Assembly (NCBI GenBank): GCA_002269645.1
Contig: NIVC01000093.1
Coordinates: forward strand, 806,001-870,000
DNA from: Macrostomum lignano
Lineage: Eukaryota
Direction of reading: 5' to 3'
Length of the DNA stretch: 64,000 nucleotides
Shown here: piece after piece, positions 47,678 to 64,000 of the stretch
How positions within the stretch are numbered: the stretch's first letter is position 1
Layout of the letters: each line of letters begins with the position of its first letter
Notes under the pieces: generated by a model
Told to the model about the DNA's origin: nothing
What the model saw: only the letters and a program-made list of their open reading frames with translations
The model's database searches: none
Program-made: the position numbers and the translations under genes

Positions 47678-50658
47678 CTAGGACATAAACAGGAACATTA
47701 TGTCTGGAGATAGAATGCGAGCGGATACGCACAATAAACTGATCATCTTCTCCAGACTGTCGGTGACGAGTTCCGGCTTCTCTAGCAGGCTGTACAGCTT
47801 CTGTAACAGGTTTTTTGGATTAGAAAAGTTTCTGAACATTATTTGGGCTTGAAATAGCATTGAGGCTGGTGAAAAAAAGTTAGCGGAGGGTACAGACCAT
47901 AAAATAAGGGTGGGTAAAGAGGTCATAGACAGAAGAGGGTATAGACAGAAAAGACAGGCGGGTAAAGAGAACAGCGGAGGGTACAGATAGAAGTGAGGCG
48001 GGTAAAGAAACGGTGTAGAGTATAGATAGAAAAGAGACGGTAAAGAGAACAGCGGAGGGTATAGATAGAAAAAAGGCGGGTAAAGAGAACAGCGGAGGGT
48101 ACAGATAGAAGTGAGGCGGGTAAAGAAACGGTGTAGAGTATAGATGGAAAAAAGAGGCGGGTAAAGAGACCAGCGGAGGGTATAGATACATGTAGAAGAG
48201 AGGCGGGTAAAGATAGAAGAGAGGCGGGTAAAGAGAACAGCGGAGTGTATAGATAGAAAAGAGGCGGGTAAAGAGAACAGCGGATGGTACAGATAGAAGT
48301 GAGGCGGGTAATTAAGAGACCAGCGGAGGGTGCAGATAGAAGCGAGGCTGGTTAAAAGACAGCATAGGTGAAAGAAACAACAAGTTGGCCTTCTGGCATC
48401 CCCACCTGCGGCCCGAAGCTCAGATCGGTGTCGCGCTCCATCAGCCGGAATTTCTGCACAGCGCCTTTGTCGTCCCGAACCAGCAGTAGCGCGTATTCTA
48501 CAAACGGAGCGTTGATCGCTGAATGGCTGGCCGGCTGCGGCTGCTGCTTTTGTGAGTCTTTGCGCCGTAGAAGCAACTGAAAATTGCCGCCCTGCATTCG
48601 GCAGACCCTGTCGGCGGCTTCCGCTTCGGCCGCGGCGGTGGCGGCGGCGGTGGCTTGCAAAGCCGTTTCGGTGTCAGCGACAGCAGCAGCAGGCGGCAGA
48701 AGCAGCACGCCTTCGAGGGGGCGGAACCGGCTGGCCAGCTTCTGCTGACAGCGTCTGCGTGTGTGTGGGTTTTAAATGGTCGCGCCACGGATTTTATGGT
48801 GGGGGGACAAAGCTGAGGATTCTGCGTGCACATGTACCATGACTAAATTCCTAAGTGTACATTATCGGTGCCGCAGGAAGGCACTCATTTTGGCGCCGCA
48901 GGCGCTATGTTTTGTCGCCCTGAAGCAAAATTATTGATTTCCATAACGGGTCACAAGGTGCATGGGGTGCACAATGCACATAGGGGGGGGGGGGACACGC
49001 AACGTGGGGAAACAAAGCGTGTCCCCCAGGTGGCGACGCCCCTGGTCGTAGATACATGTACACATCATCACCTGACTGATTAGCGCCCAGATTCTTTTCT
49101 AGCCTTGTATTTTAGACCCGTAGCCTCGAGACAACATTCTGTATTCACTTGAACTGCACTACATGCACTCGCTTGAGAGGGGGGCTTAAATCATCAAAAT
49201 GCCCAGGCCATGCATAAAATATGGCCACGCCTTAAATTATCCGGAGCTCAAAGTTTGGCATTCAGATGCGCACTTGAATCAACTCGAGACAGCTAGCCAT
49301 AGACAACTTAATTTGTCATGCAATATGGAACGGTGAGCCAAAATAGAAGGAAAGATTGGAAGCTTTGCCTCGTGGATGACGCAAGGAAGAAAGCTACAAA
49401 ATGGACGCAGAGATGCAATTTTTTGCAACAAGAGGTGCAGCAAAATCCCTCTCTAACGCTGAATTCAATGGCTGAGAAGCTGGTTGGAAGCTTTCCTGAC
49501 AACCCGCATGTGAGCCTTAAAACAATTGATCGAGCAATTATGGATGGTTTGCTCTTTACGATCAAACTTGCTACCAAGAGGACGGATGTGCGCCAAAACA
49601 CCAACCGAGTCGAAAGCCGAATACGCTACCGAAGAGTTGACCTTTTTATATTTGATGGTTTCAATTTTTGTGACTTGTAATGTGCTTCATTAATGTCTGT
49701 TTTTATTCTTTCTGTAAATAAAACTAAATAAAATAAATAAAGCGTTCCATATTGCATGACAAATCGAGTTGTCTATGGCTTGCTTTCCCCGAGTTACAAA
49801 TTAATTCAAACACTTGGCTATAGAATTCTATGGGCCGTTCTGTTTTGCATGCCCACTGTTACACATAGCACGGCAAAAGCAATACTTGAGCAGTTTTTAG
49901 CAAAGTCTACTGAGGGAGGCTTGGCCATAGACTATACCTATGAACATTAATTATGGGAAAAAGACATTCAGATCGGGAATCGGACTGAGATTTTATAGTC
50001 TGCATCCATCTCATGAGCTGCAAGAATCTTGCAAATAAAGAAAACAATTAAACGCATTCCGAATCGCTGCCAACTTTTGACTCGATGGGAATTACATTTT
50101 CCCATTTTGATTGTCCAAACTCCCATTTAGATGGTCAAAAGCTGCACAATGATAGCATCTCGTACTCACGGAACTAGTTGAAACGGGATCCGCAGGATCA
50201 GCAGCTGACTGTCGCAGATCAGATGTCTATGGTAATAAACTACGAGCTCTTCTAGGCTGGGGAATTTCTGGCTTCTAACTAGCGAGTTGTCGCCCTCCTG
50301 AGTTTTGTCATCGTTCTGGAAGCCATATTGCTTCTGCAAGACAGTAAAGTTTGGTATTTTGGTATAATTACAATAGAATTAACGAAAGCAAGCATTCAGT
50401 TGCATAGAAAACTGAAGAAACTTTGCCATGCAAGCGTACAGAAGTAAGCCTACTACTGACGATAGTAGCACAGATGCTTGCAGATGTATAGCAAATGATT
50501 TTTTGTTGAAAAAAGGCCAGCTCACCCCATCCTGGTCGGCGCTGATGCGCAACTTCAGTATCTGATGGTTTTGCTTCACGCACAGCACGGCAACGGATTG
50601 ACCTTCTGTGTCCCTGCGCAGAGCGTAGGTGCCCTCCTCTGGCGAGGCCTTGAGCACC
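47678..50658 (-). CDS. Tandem-SH2 adaptor-like protein, paralog C (5' end unresolved)
   Basis: Exons 50658-50526, 50333-50170 (not in the ORF track), 48754-48406 and 47800-47678; phases 0,2,0. SH2-1: EEGTYALRRD..AVLCVK..ILKLRI..KFPSLEELVVYYHRH..LRIPF. SH2-2: GNFQLLLRR..EYALLLVRDD..VQKFRLME..SLEKMISLL. Confidence 0.75.
47880..48350 (+). repeat. AG-rich degenerate minisatellite in the last intron of SH2 paralog C
   Basis: Recurrent GAGGCGGGTAAAGAGAACAGCGGAGGGTA units. Confidence 0.85.
49291..49784 (+). mobile_element. Internally deleted IS630/Tc1-like transposon retaining the N-terminal DNA-binding region
   Basis: ~40-bp TIRs (AGCCATAGACAACT(TA/CG)ATTTGTCATGCAATATGGAACG; 36/38 identical). ORF 49318-49680 has FLQQEVQQNPSLTLNSMAEKL..VSLKTIDR..FTIK, a Tc1/IS630-type HTH region, with no DDE domain. 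Confidence 0.75.
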
Positions 50659-50809
50659 CTGTGTTGCATGATTTTTTTAGTAATTAGGTCATTCTTAACT
50701 GAATATTGCTAAATTTTCCTCATCTACACGTAGACTAATTAAACACTGTGTAGCACTTGCATGGATTCAAAAGACTGACACCCAAAACTTGATTGGCAAG
50801 TTCATATGA

Positions 50810-51062
50810 CTGCTCCAGATCACCATCCCAAATCCCCATCCCAGATCTCCATCCCAGATCCCCATCCCAGATCCCCATCCCAGATCCCCATCCCAGATAC
50901 CCCTTTCAGATCCCCATTCCAGATCCCTATCTCATATCCCCATTCAAGGTGCCTATCCCAGATCGCCATTCCCGATCCTCACCCCAGATCTTGCCCCAGA
51001 TCCCGATCCCAGATCCCCACCCTATATCTCCATCCAATATCCCCATCCCAGATCTGCATCCC
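50810..51062 (+). repeat. 13-bp repeat (GATCCCCATCCCA); short sister array at ~51435-51480
   Basis: Direct reading. Confidence 0.85.
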
Positions 51063-51666
51063 ATTTCTCCATCTTATATCCTTATCCTCCCAGCAGAAAA
51101 AGCGACGCGGATCCAACGGATTTTCAACGGATTGTAGGGCGTAGGGCGTGCGCTGCACTCTCTGCCCCACATTATTATTCATGACTCATTCTCTCGCCTA
51201 AACTTGTTTACCAATTCTCCACCAATCGCGCATCGCTTCACCCCACCCCACAATATTGACTAATAAATATATTGAGTAAACAGAGCCTTACAGAGGCCAC
51301 CTTTTTCGGCACGCAAACCTAGACTTCACACAGATGTAGGTAGAAAAAAATTCAGAAACAACCAGAAAATACAAAAAATGTTTTATTAAAAACGACTAAA
51401 TGTTGCACAAATTATAAAAAATACATTCTAGCTAGATCCCCATCCTAGATCCCCATCCCAAATCCCCATCCCGGATCCCAAGAATCGTCTTACTCGGCGC
51501 AAAACTCTTTTGTGCCGTGGTGCCACAGCGAAGTCCTTAGCAGGTCAGTCAATTTTCTGTTGTCTGGCCTCGGTCTAAAAGTCGTGTTTTAGTACAGTAA
51601 CCGTTTCAATTTATAAAGTCTTGAAGAGAAAAGCAACACGGCATAAAATTTGAAAAAGTGCAGTCC

Positions 51667-54600
51667 TTACTCAAGATCGTACGGCCGACGCAGCAGTACC
51701 TCTTGTTGCTGAGGCGGTGCCACCTGTATAGGGAATATGTGATGATGAAACAGCAGCGCCTCCATGCTTACGTGCAGCCGTTCGTTGTGACCATTCGACA
51801 CCTGGTAGCCTTTCGGCGTTAGGCGGATGCGGAATACGGCAACTTTCTCGTTTTTGTCGTACCTGACGCATAGTTCGCGTTCCATGCCGGACTGTCTATG
51901 GCAGAAACCACGCAGCATGTACACGCCATCGTCCTGTGCCTTTTTCATCAGTCTGTGCCGAAGGGAGTGGTTAAATCGCTTTGAAAGACTGATATTAAAT
52001 CGTGCGCACCCCACAACCCCCACCCCACCCCACTGTGAGGGGCTGCAATATCAAATCGTGCGCACCCACGACCCCCCACCCACCCACCCCACCCCACCCC
52101 ACTGTGAGGGACTGCAATATCAGATCTTGCGCGCCCCACAACCCCCACCCCACCCCACTGTGAGGGACTGCAATATCAGATCTTGCGCGCCCCATAACCC
52201 CACCCCACCCCACTGTGAGGGACTGCAATATCAGATCTTGCGCGCCCCACAACCCCCACCCCACCCCACTGTGAGGGACTGCAATATCAGATCTTGCGCG
52301 CCCCACAACCCCCACCCCACCCACTGTGAGGGACTGCAATATCAGATCGTGCGCACCCCATAACCCCCACCCCACCCCACTGTGAGGGACTGCAATATCA
52401 GATCTTGCGCGCCCCACAACCCCCACCCCACCCCACTGTGAGGGACTGCAATATCAGATCTTGCGCGCCCCACAACCCCCACCCCACCCCACTGTGAGGG
52501 ACTGCAATATCAGATCTTGCGCGCCCCACAACCCCCACCCCACCCCACTGTGAGGGACTGCAATATCAGATCTTGCGCGCCCCATAACCCCACCCCACCC
52601 CACTGTGAGGGACTGCAATATCAAATCGTGCGCACCCCACGACCCCCCACCCACCCACCCCACCCCACCCCACTGTGAGGGACTGCAATATCAGATCTTG
52701 CGCGCCCCACAACCCCCACCCCACCCCACTGTGAGGGACTGCAATATCAGATCTTGCGCGCCCCATAACCCCCACCCCACCCCACTGTGAGGGACTGCAA
52801 TATCAAATCGTGCGCACCCCACGACCCCCACCCACCCACCCCACCCCACCCCACTGTGAGGGACTGCAATATCAAATCGTGCGCACCCCACGACCCCCAC
52901 CCACCCACCCCACCCCACCCCACTGTGAGGGACTGCAATATCAGATCTTGCACGCCCCACAACCCCCACCCCACCCCACTGTGAGGGACTGCAATATCAG
53001 ATCGTGCGCACCCCATAACCCCCACCCCACCCCACTGTGAGGGACTGCAATATCAGATCGTGCGCACCCCATAACCCCCACCCCACCCCACTGTGAGGGA
53101 CTGCAATATCAGATCTAGCGCGCCCCACAACCCCCACCCCACCCCACTGTGAGGGACTGCAATATCAGATCGCGCGTCCTACAACACCCTGATATCAGCT
53201 GCTATAAGCAACTACCAACCACCTGTAAAAACCCGCTCCCGCCAAGTCGAGCATCCCTTACTCTTTTCCCAGCCGGGCATCCGAGAGCCTGTAATATCCG
53301 GCGCACAGGTAGCTGCACAACGGGTCTCCTGGACGTCCGGCAGCCAGCGATTCGGCCAGATCCCAGTCGGCCGGCTGCGAGTTTTGCCACATCAGCGACG
53401 ACGAAGTCAGCGAATTTGGCTTTGGCGGCAACGGCGGCGGCGTCTCGCCGCCGTCCACGGACGAATTCTGCGAAGTTATCGACACAGATGTCGACAAGGT
53501 AGGCGAGCGCGTTGGTCGCCATTCGCTATTCGACATTTTGCGCGTTTGTCGCGAGATTGTCGGCGTAGAAAAGACTTCAGGGAATACTGGAGGAAATTCT
53601 TGTTGTTGCTGCTGCGGTTGTTGAAGTATTAGCCTGTCCCTGGCAGACTGTGACGCTCTGGATGACGAGATAAGGTTGCACTGGTTTTCCTTACTTTTAT
53701 GGGCAATTTTTATGCACTTGGAAGAAATACTACAAGTTACTTACCGTCTGATTGGCAGAGTTGGTTTCTGTAGCGGCTTTTGCTGCTCCGGCTGCTCCGG
53801 CTGCTCCGGCTGCAGCTTTTGCTGCTGCTGTTGCTCCTGCTGAGGCTTCTGTTGCTCCTGCTGAGGCTTTTGCTGCTCCTGCTGCGGCTTTTGCTGCTCT
53901 AGTTGAGGCTTTTGCTCCACCTGCTGCGGGTTTTGCTGCTCCTGCTGCGGCTTTTGCTGCTCTAGTTGAGGCTTTTGCTGCTCCTGCTGCGGCTTTTGCT
54001 GCTCTAGTTGAGGCTTTTGCTGCTCCTGCTGAGGCTTTTGCTGCTCCTGCTGCGGCTTTTGCTGCTCTAGTTGAGGCTTTTGCTCCACCTGCTGCGGGTT
54101 TTGCTGCTCCTGCTGCGGCTTTTGCTGCTCTAGTTGAGGCTTTTGCTGCTCCTGCTGCGGCTTTTGCTGCTCTAGTTGAGGCTTTTGCTGCTCCTGTTGA
54201 GGCTTTTGCTGCTCCTGCTGCGGGTTTTGCTGCTCTAGTTGAGGCTTTTGCTCCACCTGCTGCGGGTTTTGCTGCTCCTGCTGCGGCTTTTGCTGCTCTA
54301 GTTGAGGCTTTTGCTGCTCCTGCTGCGGCTTTTGCTGCTCTAGTTGAGGCTTTTGCTGCTCCTGTTGAGGCTTTTGCTGCTCCTGCTGCGGGTTTTGCTG
54401 CTCCTGCTGCGGCTTTTGCTGCTCTAGTTGAGGCTTTTGCTGCTCTAGTTGAGGCTTTTGCTGCTCCAGTTGAGGCTTTTGCTGCTCCTGCTGCGGCTTT
54501 TGCTGCTCCAGTTGAGGCTTTTGATACTCCTGCTGCGGCTTTTGCTGCTCCAGTTGAGGCTTTTGATGCTCCTGCTGCGGCTTTTGCTGCTCTAGTTGAG

Positions 54601-55307
54601 GCTTTTGCTGCTCCTGCTGCGGCTTTTGCTGCTCCAGTTGAGGCTTTTGATGCTCCTGCTGCGGCTTTTGCTGCTCTAGTTGAGGCTTTTGCTGCTCCTG
54701 CTGCGGCTTTTGCTGCTCCTGCTGCAGCTTTTGCTGCTCCTGCTGCGGCTTTTGCTGCTCCTGTTGCTCCTGCTGAGGCTTTTGCTGCTCCTGCTGCAGC
54801 TTTTGCTGCTCCTGTTGCTCCTGCTGAGGCTTTTGCTGCTCCTGTTGCGGCTTTTGCTGCATCTGCTGTTCCTGCAGCAAATGTTTTGACTGTAACTGTG
54901 GTTTCTTTTGCTCAGATTGCGGCATTTTCTGCTCCTCTACGGCCAACTTCTGCTCCTCTGACAGGGTTGGCTTTGGCGGCTTTGCCGGCTTGTGAAACTT
55001 CGCCGAGATGGCGGCAGCAGCGGCAGCGGCGGACAGAGCGGCCATAGACGCCCTGGCGCGCTCTGACGAGGTCGGCTGCGACGTCAGCGAGGCCCACAGC
55101 TCGGCCAGCTCAGTCGAGTCCTGAGACGTCGGTTGCCTAGCAACAGTGTACGGTTGGAGTTGGCGCGGCCAATCGGAGTCTGGGAAGAAACCGAGCTTCC
55201 AGCAGTCCTGGCCGCCATCCGCGCCAGACAGGGCAGCATCTGCTGGCAGCTCGCAGCCCTCTGAGCAGCTGCCAGGCCAGCGCATTGCTGGCTTGAAGAA
55301 GCAGAGG
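51667..55307 (-). CDS. Gln/Pro-rich adaptor with C-terminal SH2 domain (SLP-76/BLNK-like architecture), gene B
   Basis: Exons 55307-53745, 53657-53262 and 51988-51667, with both junctions phase 2 and in frame. The C-terminal SH2 reads DDGVYMLRG..ELCVRY..VAVFRIRL..SMEALLFHHHIFPI..LLRRPY. It also contains PAKPPKP, PPPLPPKP and ~50 QQEQQKP heptads. The start is uncertain (ATG 55285 or an upstream exon). Confidence 0.7.
52000..53165 (+). repeat. ~56-bp C-rich minisatellite in the last intron of gene B
   Basis: CTGTGAGGGACTGCAATATCAGATCTTGCGCGCCCCACAACCCCCACCCCACCCCA units. Confidence 0.95.
53770..54860 (-). repeat. 21-bp coding minisatellite encoding (Q/L)EQQKPQ heptads
   Basis: Direct reading inside the gene B exon. 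Confidence 0.9.
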
Positions 55308-55448
55308 CTGCAGTAAAGGATAACTGGTGGATTATTTGCTTGAAGCTTTGAGACACCGAGTCAGCGCGCAACTCACAATTTTAAGTACCGTTTATACAAT
55401 ACTCTGCAATTGCCTGACGATTACAAAGTACACCCTGTGTGAGCGGGA

Positions 55449-55615
55449 GCACGAGAATTGCCCGCCGACGAATTGCCCGCCGAGTTTTTTTCCCGCAAAT
55501 TTTTTTTACTGCAGCGCTTTTAGATTGTCTGGATTGCCACCCCCTTCCCAATGCTTAGTAACGCGTAAGTCTTGATAAAGAGACTTGGGAAAAGCTCGGC
55601 GGGTAATTCTCATGG
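55449..55615. mobile_element. Possible small MITE
   Basis: Imperfect inverted repeats GCACGAGAATTGCCCGCCG / CGGCGGGTAATTCTCATGG, with an internal duplicate of GAATTGCCCGCCG. Confidence 0.4.
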
Positions 55616-56079
55616 ACCCTTGTGGTACGATGTCAAAGTGGCCTGAGACCGAGCCCACGACCCTTTTGAACTAATCAGATATGCAAATTCAATTATCAAT
55701 GCAATACTGCATAGCATATGATGCACTCTTGACCCAATTCTCTCTCACCTGAGAGGCATGAGATTGATGGAGAATCTGCATCGCACGGATGACTCTGTGT
55801 CAAATAGGAACAGGGTGTGGGCTCGAAGGACTGCATAGAACACTGCAACTGCAAATTAATGGTTTGGGTTGTGTGGAGTTGCCGTATTGTACGTCAGTAG
55901 TCAGTAGCTACATATAAGTCCATCAATTCCAGTCTATCGCTCTGTCGTACTCACATCGATTTTGCTTAGTCTTCTGGTCGGTCTCCAATCTGAGCAGATA
56001 GTCCTGGTACTCTGGACTGTCCGATTGAAATTTGTGCTCGCAGAGCCGTCTCACTGTGTAAGATTTATATACAGATGGG

Positions 56080-57826
56080 CCTGAGCCTGAGCCTGAGCCT
56101 GAACTTAATCCTGAAGCTGAACTACAGTAGGGCCTGAGCCTGAACTTAATCCTGAAGCTGAACTACAGTAGGGCCTGAGCCTGAACTTAATCCTGAAGCT
56201 GAACTACAGTAGGGCATGAGACTGGGCCTGATCCTGAGCTTAATCCTGAAGCTGAACTACAGTAGGGCCTGAGCCTGAACTTAATCCTGAAGCTGAACTA
56301 CAGTAGGGCCTGAGCCTGAACTTAATCCTGAAGCTGAACTACAGTAGGGCATGAGACTGGGCCTGATCCTGAGCTTAATCCTGAAGCTGAACTACAGTAG
56401 GGCCTGAGACTGGGCCTGAACTTAATCCTGAAGCTGAGCTACAGTAGGGCCTGAGACTGGGCCTGATCCTGAGCTTAATCCTGAAGCTGAACTACAGTAG
56501 GGCCTGAGACTGGGCCTGATCCTGAGCTTAATCCTGAAGCTGAACTACAGTAGGGCCTGAGACTGGGCCTGAACTTAATCCTGAAGCTGAGCTACAGTAG
56601 GGCCTGAGACTGAGCCTGAACTTAATCCTGAAGCTGAACTACAGTAGGGCCTGAGACTGGGCCTGAACTTAATCATGAAGCTGAACTACAGTAGGGCCTG
56701 AGACTGAGCCTGAACCTAATCCTGAAGCTGAACTACAGTAGGGCCTGAGACTGAGCCTGAACTTAATCCTGAAGCTGAGCTACAGTAGGGCCTGAGACTG
56801 GGCCTGAAGCTGAACTACAGTAGGTCCTGAGACTGGGCCTGAACCTGATCTTAATCCTGAAGCTGAACTACAGTAGGGCCTGAGACTGGGCCTGAACTTA
56901 ATCCTGAAGCTGAGCTACAGTAGGGCCTGAGACTGGGTCTGAACTTAATCCTGAAGCTGAACTACAGTAGGGCCTGAGCCTGAGCCTGACCTAATCCTGA
57001 AGCTGAACTACAGTAGGGCCTGAGACTGGGCCTGAACTTAATCCTGAAGCTTAACTACAGTAGGGCCTGAGCCTGAGACTGAACTTAATCCTGAAGCTTA
57101 ACTACAGTAGGGCCTGGGCCTGAGCCTGAACTTAATCCTGAAGCTGAACTACAGTAGGGCCTGAGACTGAGCCTGAGCTTAATCCTGAAGCTGAACTACA
57201 GTAGGTCCTGAGACTGAGCCTGAGCCTGAACTTAATCCTGAAGCTGAGCTACAGTAGGGCCTGAGACTGGGCCTGAACTTAATCCTGAAGCTGAACTACA
57301 GTAGGGCCTGAGCCTGAGCCTGACCTAATCCTGAAGCTGAACTACAGTAGGGCCTGAGCCTGAGCCTGACCTAATCCTGAAGCTGAACTACAGTAGGGCC
57401 TGAGCCTGAGCCTGAACTTAATCCTGAAGCTGAACTACAGTAGGGCCTGAGCCTGAGCCTGAACTTAATCCTGAAGCTGAACTACAGTAGGGCCTGAGAC
57501 TGAGCCTGACCTAATCCTGAAGCTGAATTACAGCAGGGCCTGAGACTGAGCCTGAACTTAATCCTGAAGCTGAACTACAGTAGGGCCTGAGACTGAGCCT
57601 GAGCTTAATCCTGAAGCTGAATTACAGCAGGGCCTGAGCCTGAGCCTGAACTTAATCCTGAAGCTGAACTACAGTAGGGCCTGAGACTGAGCCTGACCTA
57701 ATCCTGAAGCAGAATTACAGCAGGGCCTGAGCCTGAGCCTGAGCCTGAACCTAATCCTGAAGCTGAACTACAGTAGGGCCTGAGACTGAGCCTGAACCTC
57801 AACCTAATCCTGAAGCTGAACTACAG
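56080..57826 (+). repeat. ~45-57-bp minisatellite (CTTAATCCTGAAGCTGAACTACAGTAGGGCCTGAG...)
   Basis: Direct reading; variable number of CCTGAG subunits per unit. Confidence 0.95.
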
Positions 57827-58314
57827 TCGACATGCCTTACCTGACAATTTTTCAAGATCAGCAGCCCCGGACATTGCAAATAATTATTGTTGGCAACAAT
57901 TTTGCACCGAATCTGATCTGCTTCAAGTCAGCCGTTCCTAATAAAGGCTAAAATGTTTGATTCTGTCTATCCACTGTTTACAGCTGCCTCCCCCCGCGCA
58001 GTGGCCTTCGTAATCGCGTCTAAATCATAATATTCTTTCTGCTGCTATTGCAAACTTGAATTGGCATTCATTTGTGGAAATTCTAACAACGATTCGGCTT
58101 GTAAGGAATTAAACTTGACGGCTGATGCGATGGCGCACAACTGGCTTGGAAACGAAAGTTTGCTTAAGATCTTTTCAAGGGTTTTATATTGACGTGAAAT
58201 TCAGCTGCAATACTGTACAGGTTTATCATCTGACATCACTCAATACCTGCGTGCGGTTTTGATGCTAGAATACGCAAAGAACTTGCTTGCAGAACAGTTA
58301 ACAGCGCAGAAAAG

Positions 58315-60282
<1,968 letters not shown>

Positions 60283-60753
60283 ATTTTTTGCAGGCAAAAA
60301 GTACGGATTTTAATACTCTTGTAACTTTCGCGAAAGTAATCAAGGTATTTAAAAGTGGCAAATGCTACTTTTAAATAAGTAGAAATCTTGCTGCGGCAGT
60401 ATTCCGCAATTTCTATTAAAATTTATTAGTAATTTGATATTATTACTTAGTAATACACAGATTTGAAAAGCATATTTGTTTATATTGAATGCTTCAAAAA
60501 GACAGTATAAAATTTTAGCGAATTTGGCTGGAGTCAGAGAGAAAGAAATTTGAGTAAATGTTGAGTAAATAGAGCATGTATGTACTCACCTTAAGAAGGC
60601 TCGTCAGGCATCAAATTTATTCCACTAAAAACTGATTTCTTAAAATTCTAAGAACAGCTATTGGGTGTAGCGAACAGTTAATGGCTTGGGAGACCAGTCA
60701 ATGTTTGTCGGGTGCTCAGACCCATCGTCTTCGATAGAAGGCGGACACCTAGC

Positions 60754-63535
<2,782 letters not shown>

Positions 63536-63584
63536 CTGAAACCTAAACATTGCCCTTCAGCAGCTAGGTAGCCCCAGTCCCTCA

Positions 63585-64000
63585 GCAGGAACTCCCCCTC
63601 ATTCACTCAGTCGGAATCCCCCACTCCCTCAGCAGGAACCCCCACCCCCCACTCCCTCAGCAGGAAGCCCCCCACTCCCTCAGCAGGAACCCCCACCCCC
63701 CACTCCCTCAGCAGGAAGCCCCCCACTCCCTCAGCAGGAACCCCCACCCCCACTCCCTCAGCAGGAAGCCCCCCACTCCCTCAGCAGGAACCCCCCCCCA
63801 CTCCCTCAGCAGGAACCCCCCACTCCCTCAGCAGGACCCCCCCACTCCCTCAGCAGGAAGCCCCCACTCCCTCAGCAGGAACCCCCACCCCCCACTCCCT
63901 CAGCAGGAAGCCCCCCACTCCCTCAGCAGGAACCCCCACCCCCCACTCCCTCAGCAGGAAGCCCCCCACTCCCTCAGCAGGAACCCCACCCCCCACTCCC
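63585..64000 (+). repeat. C-rich minisatellite (CCCCCACTCCCTCAGCAGGAA core), continues past the window end
   Basis: Direct reading. Confidence 0.93.

Noticed and set aside
48860-49050. Possible MITE ending in GGCGACGCCCCTG
   Set aside because: Only one convincing end, with no matching TIR or TSD identified.
50979-51182. ORF as the definite first exon of SH2 paralog C
   Set aside because: Its position is plausible, but no GT/GC donor in the required phase 2 was found, so it is left unassigned.
53752-55047. 431-aa Ala/Pro-rich ORF on the + strand
   Set aside because: It is the antisense shadow of the 21-bp repeat. The minus frame has in-phase splice junctions leading to an SH2 exon.

Overview
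Eukaryotic (animal) genomic DNA with spliceosomal GT-AG introns. The repeat-stuffed introns and gene content resemble a lophotrochozoan such as the flatworm Macrostomum, but this is a weak inference. I assembled by hand, with splice-phase checks, four complete conserved genes: ACSL3/4-like (+, 14077-19882), TRMT1L-like (+, 21651-28594), a short Hsp110/HSPA4 (-, 40840-29248) and SRSF1 (+, 41489-46456). The last two are head-to-head around a perfect heat-shock element. Also present are a cluster of three minus-strand SH2-adaptor genes (two paralogous tandem-SH2 genes flanking a Gln/Pro-rich single-SH2 gene) and two duplicated WSC-domain genes interleaved with decayed non-LTR RNase H fragments. 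Almost every intron carries its own private tandem array. The main highlights are: (1) an inverted Penelope-like remnant with two minimal hammerhead ribozymes inside a TRMT1L intron; (2) a 170-bp palindromic MITE with a CCAAT/E-box core, found in introns of four genes, whose copies show locus-specific CpG decay; (3) the catalytic-domain-free SH2 cluster; and (4) intronic satellites built from splice-site-like units. All coordinates were counted by hand, array boundaries are approximate, and no database searches were run.
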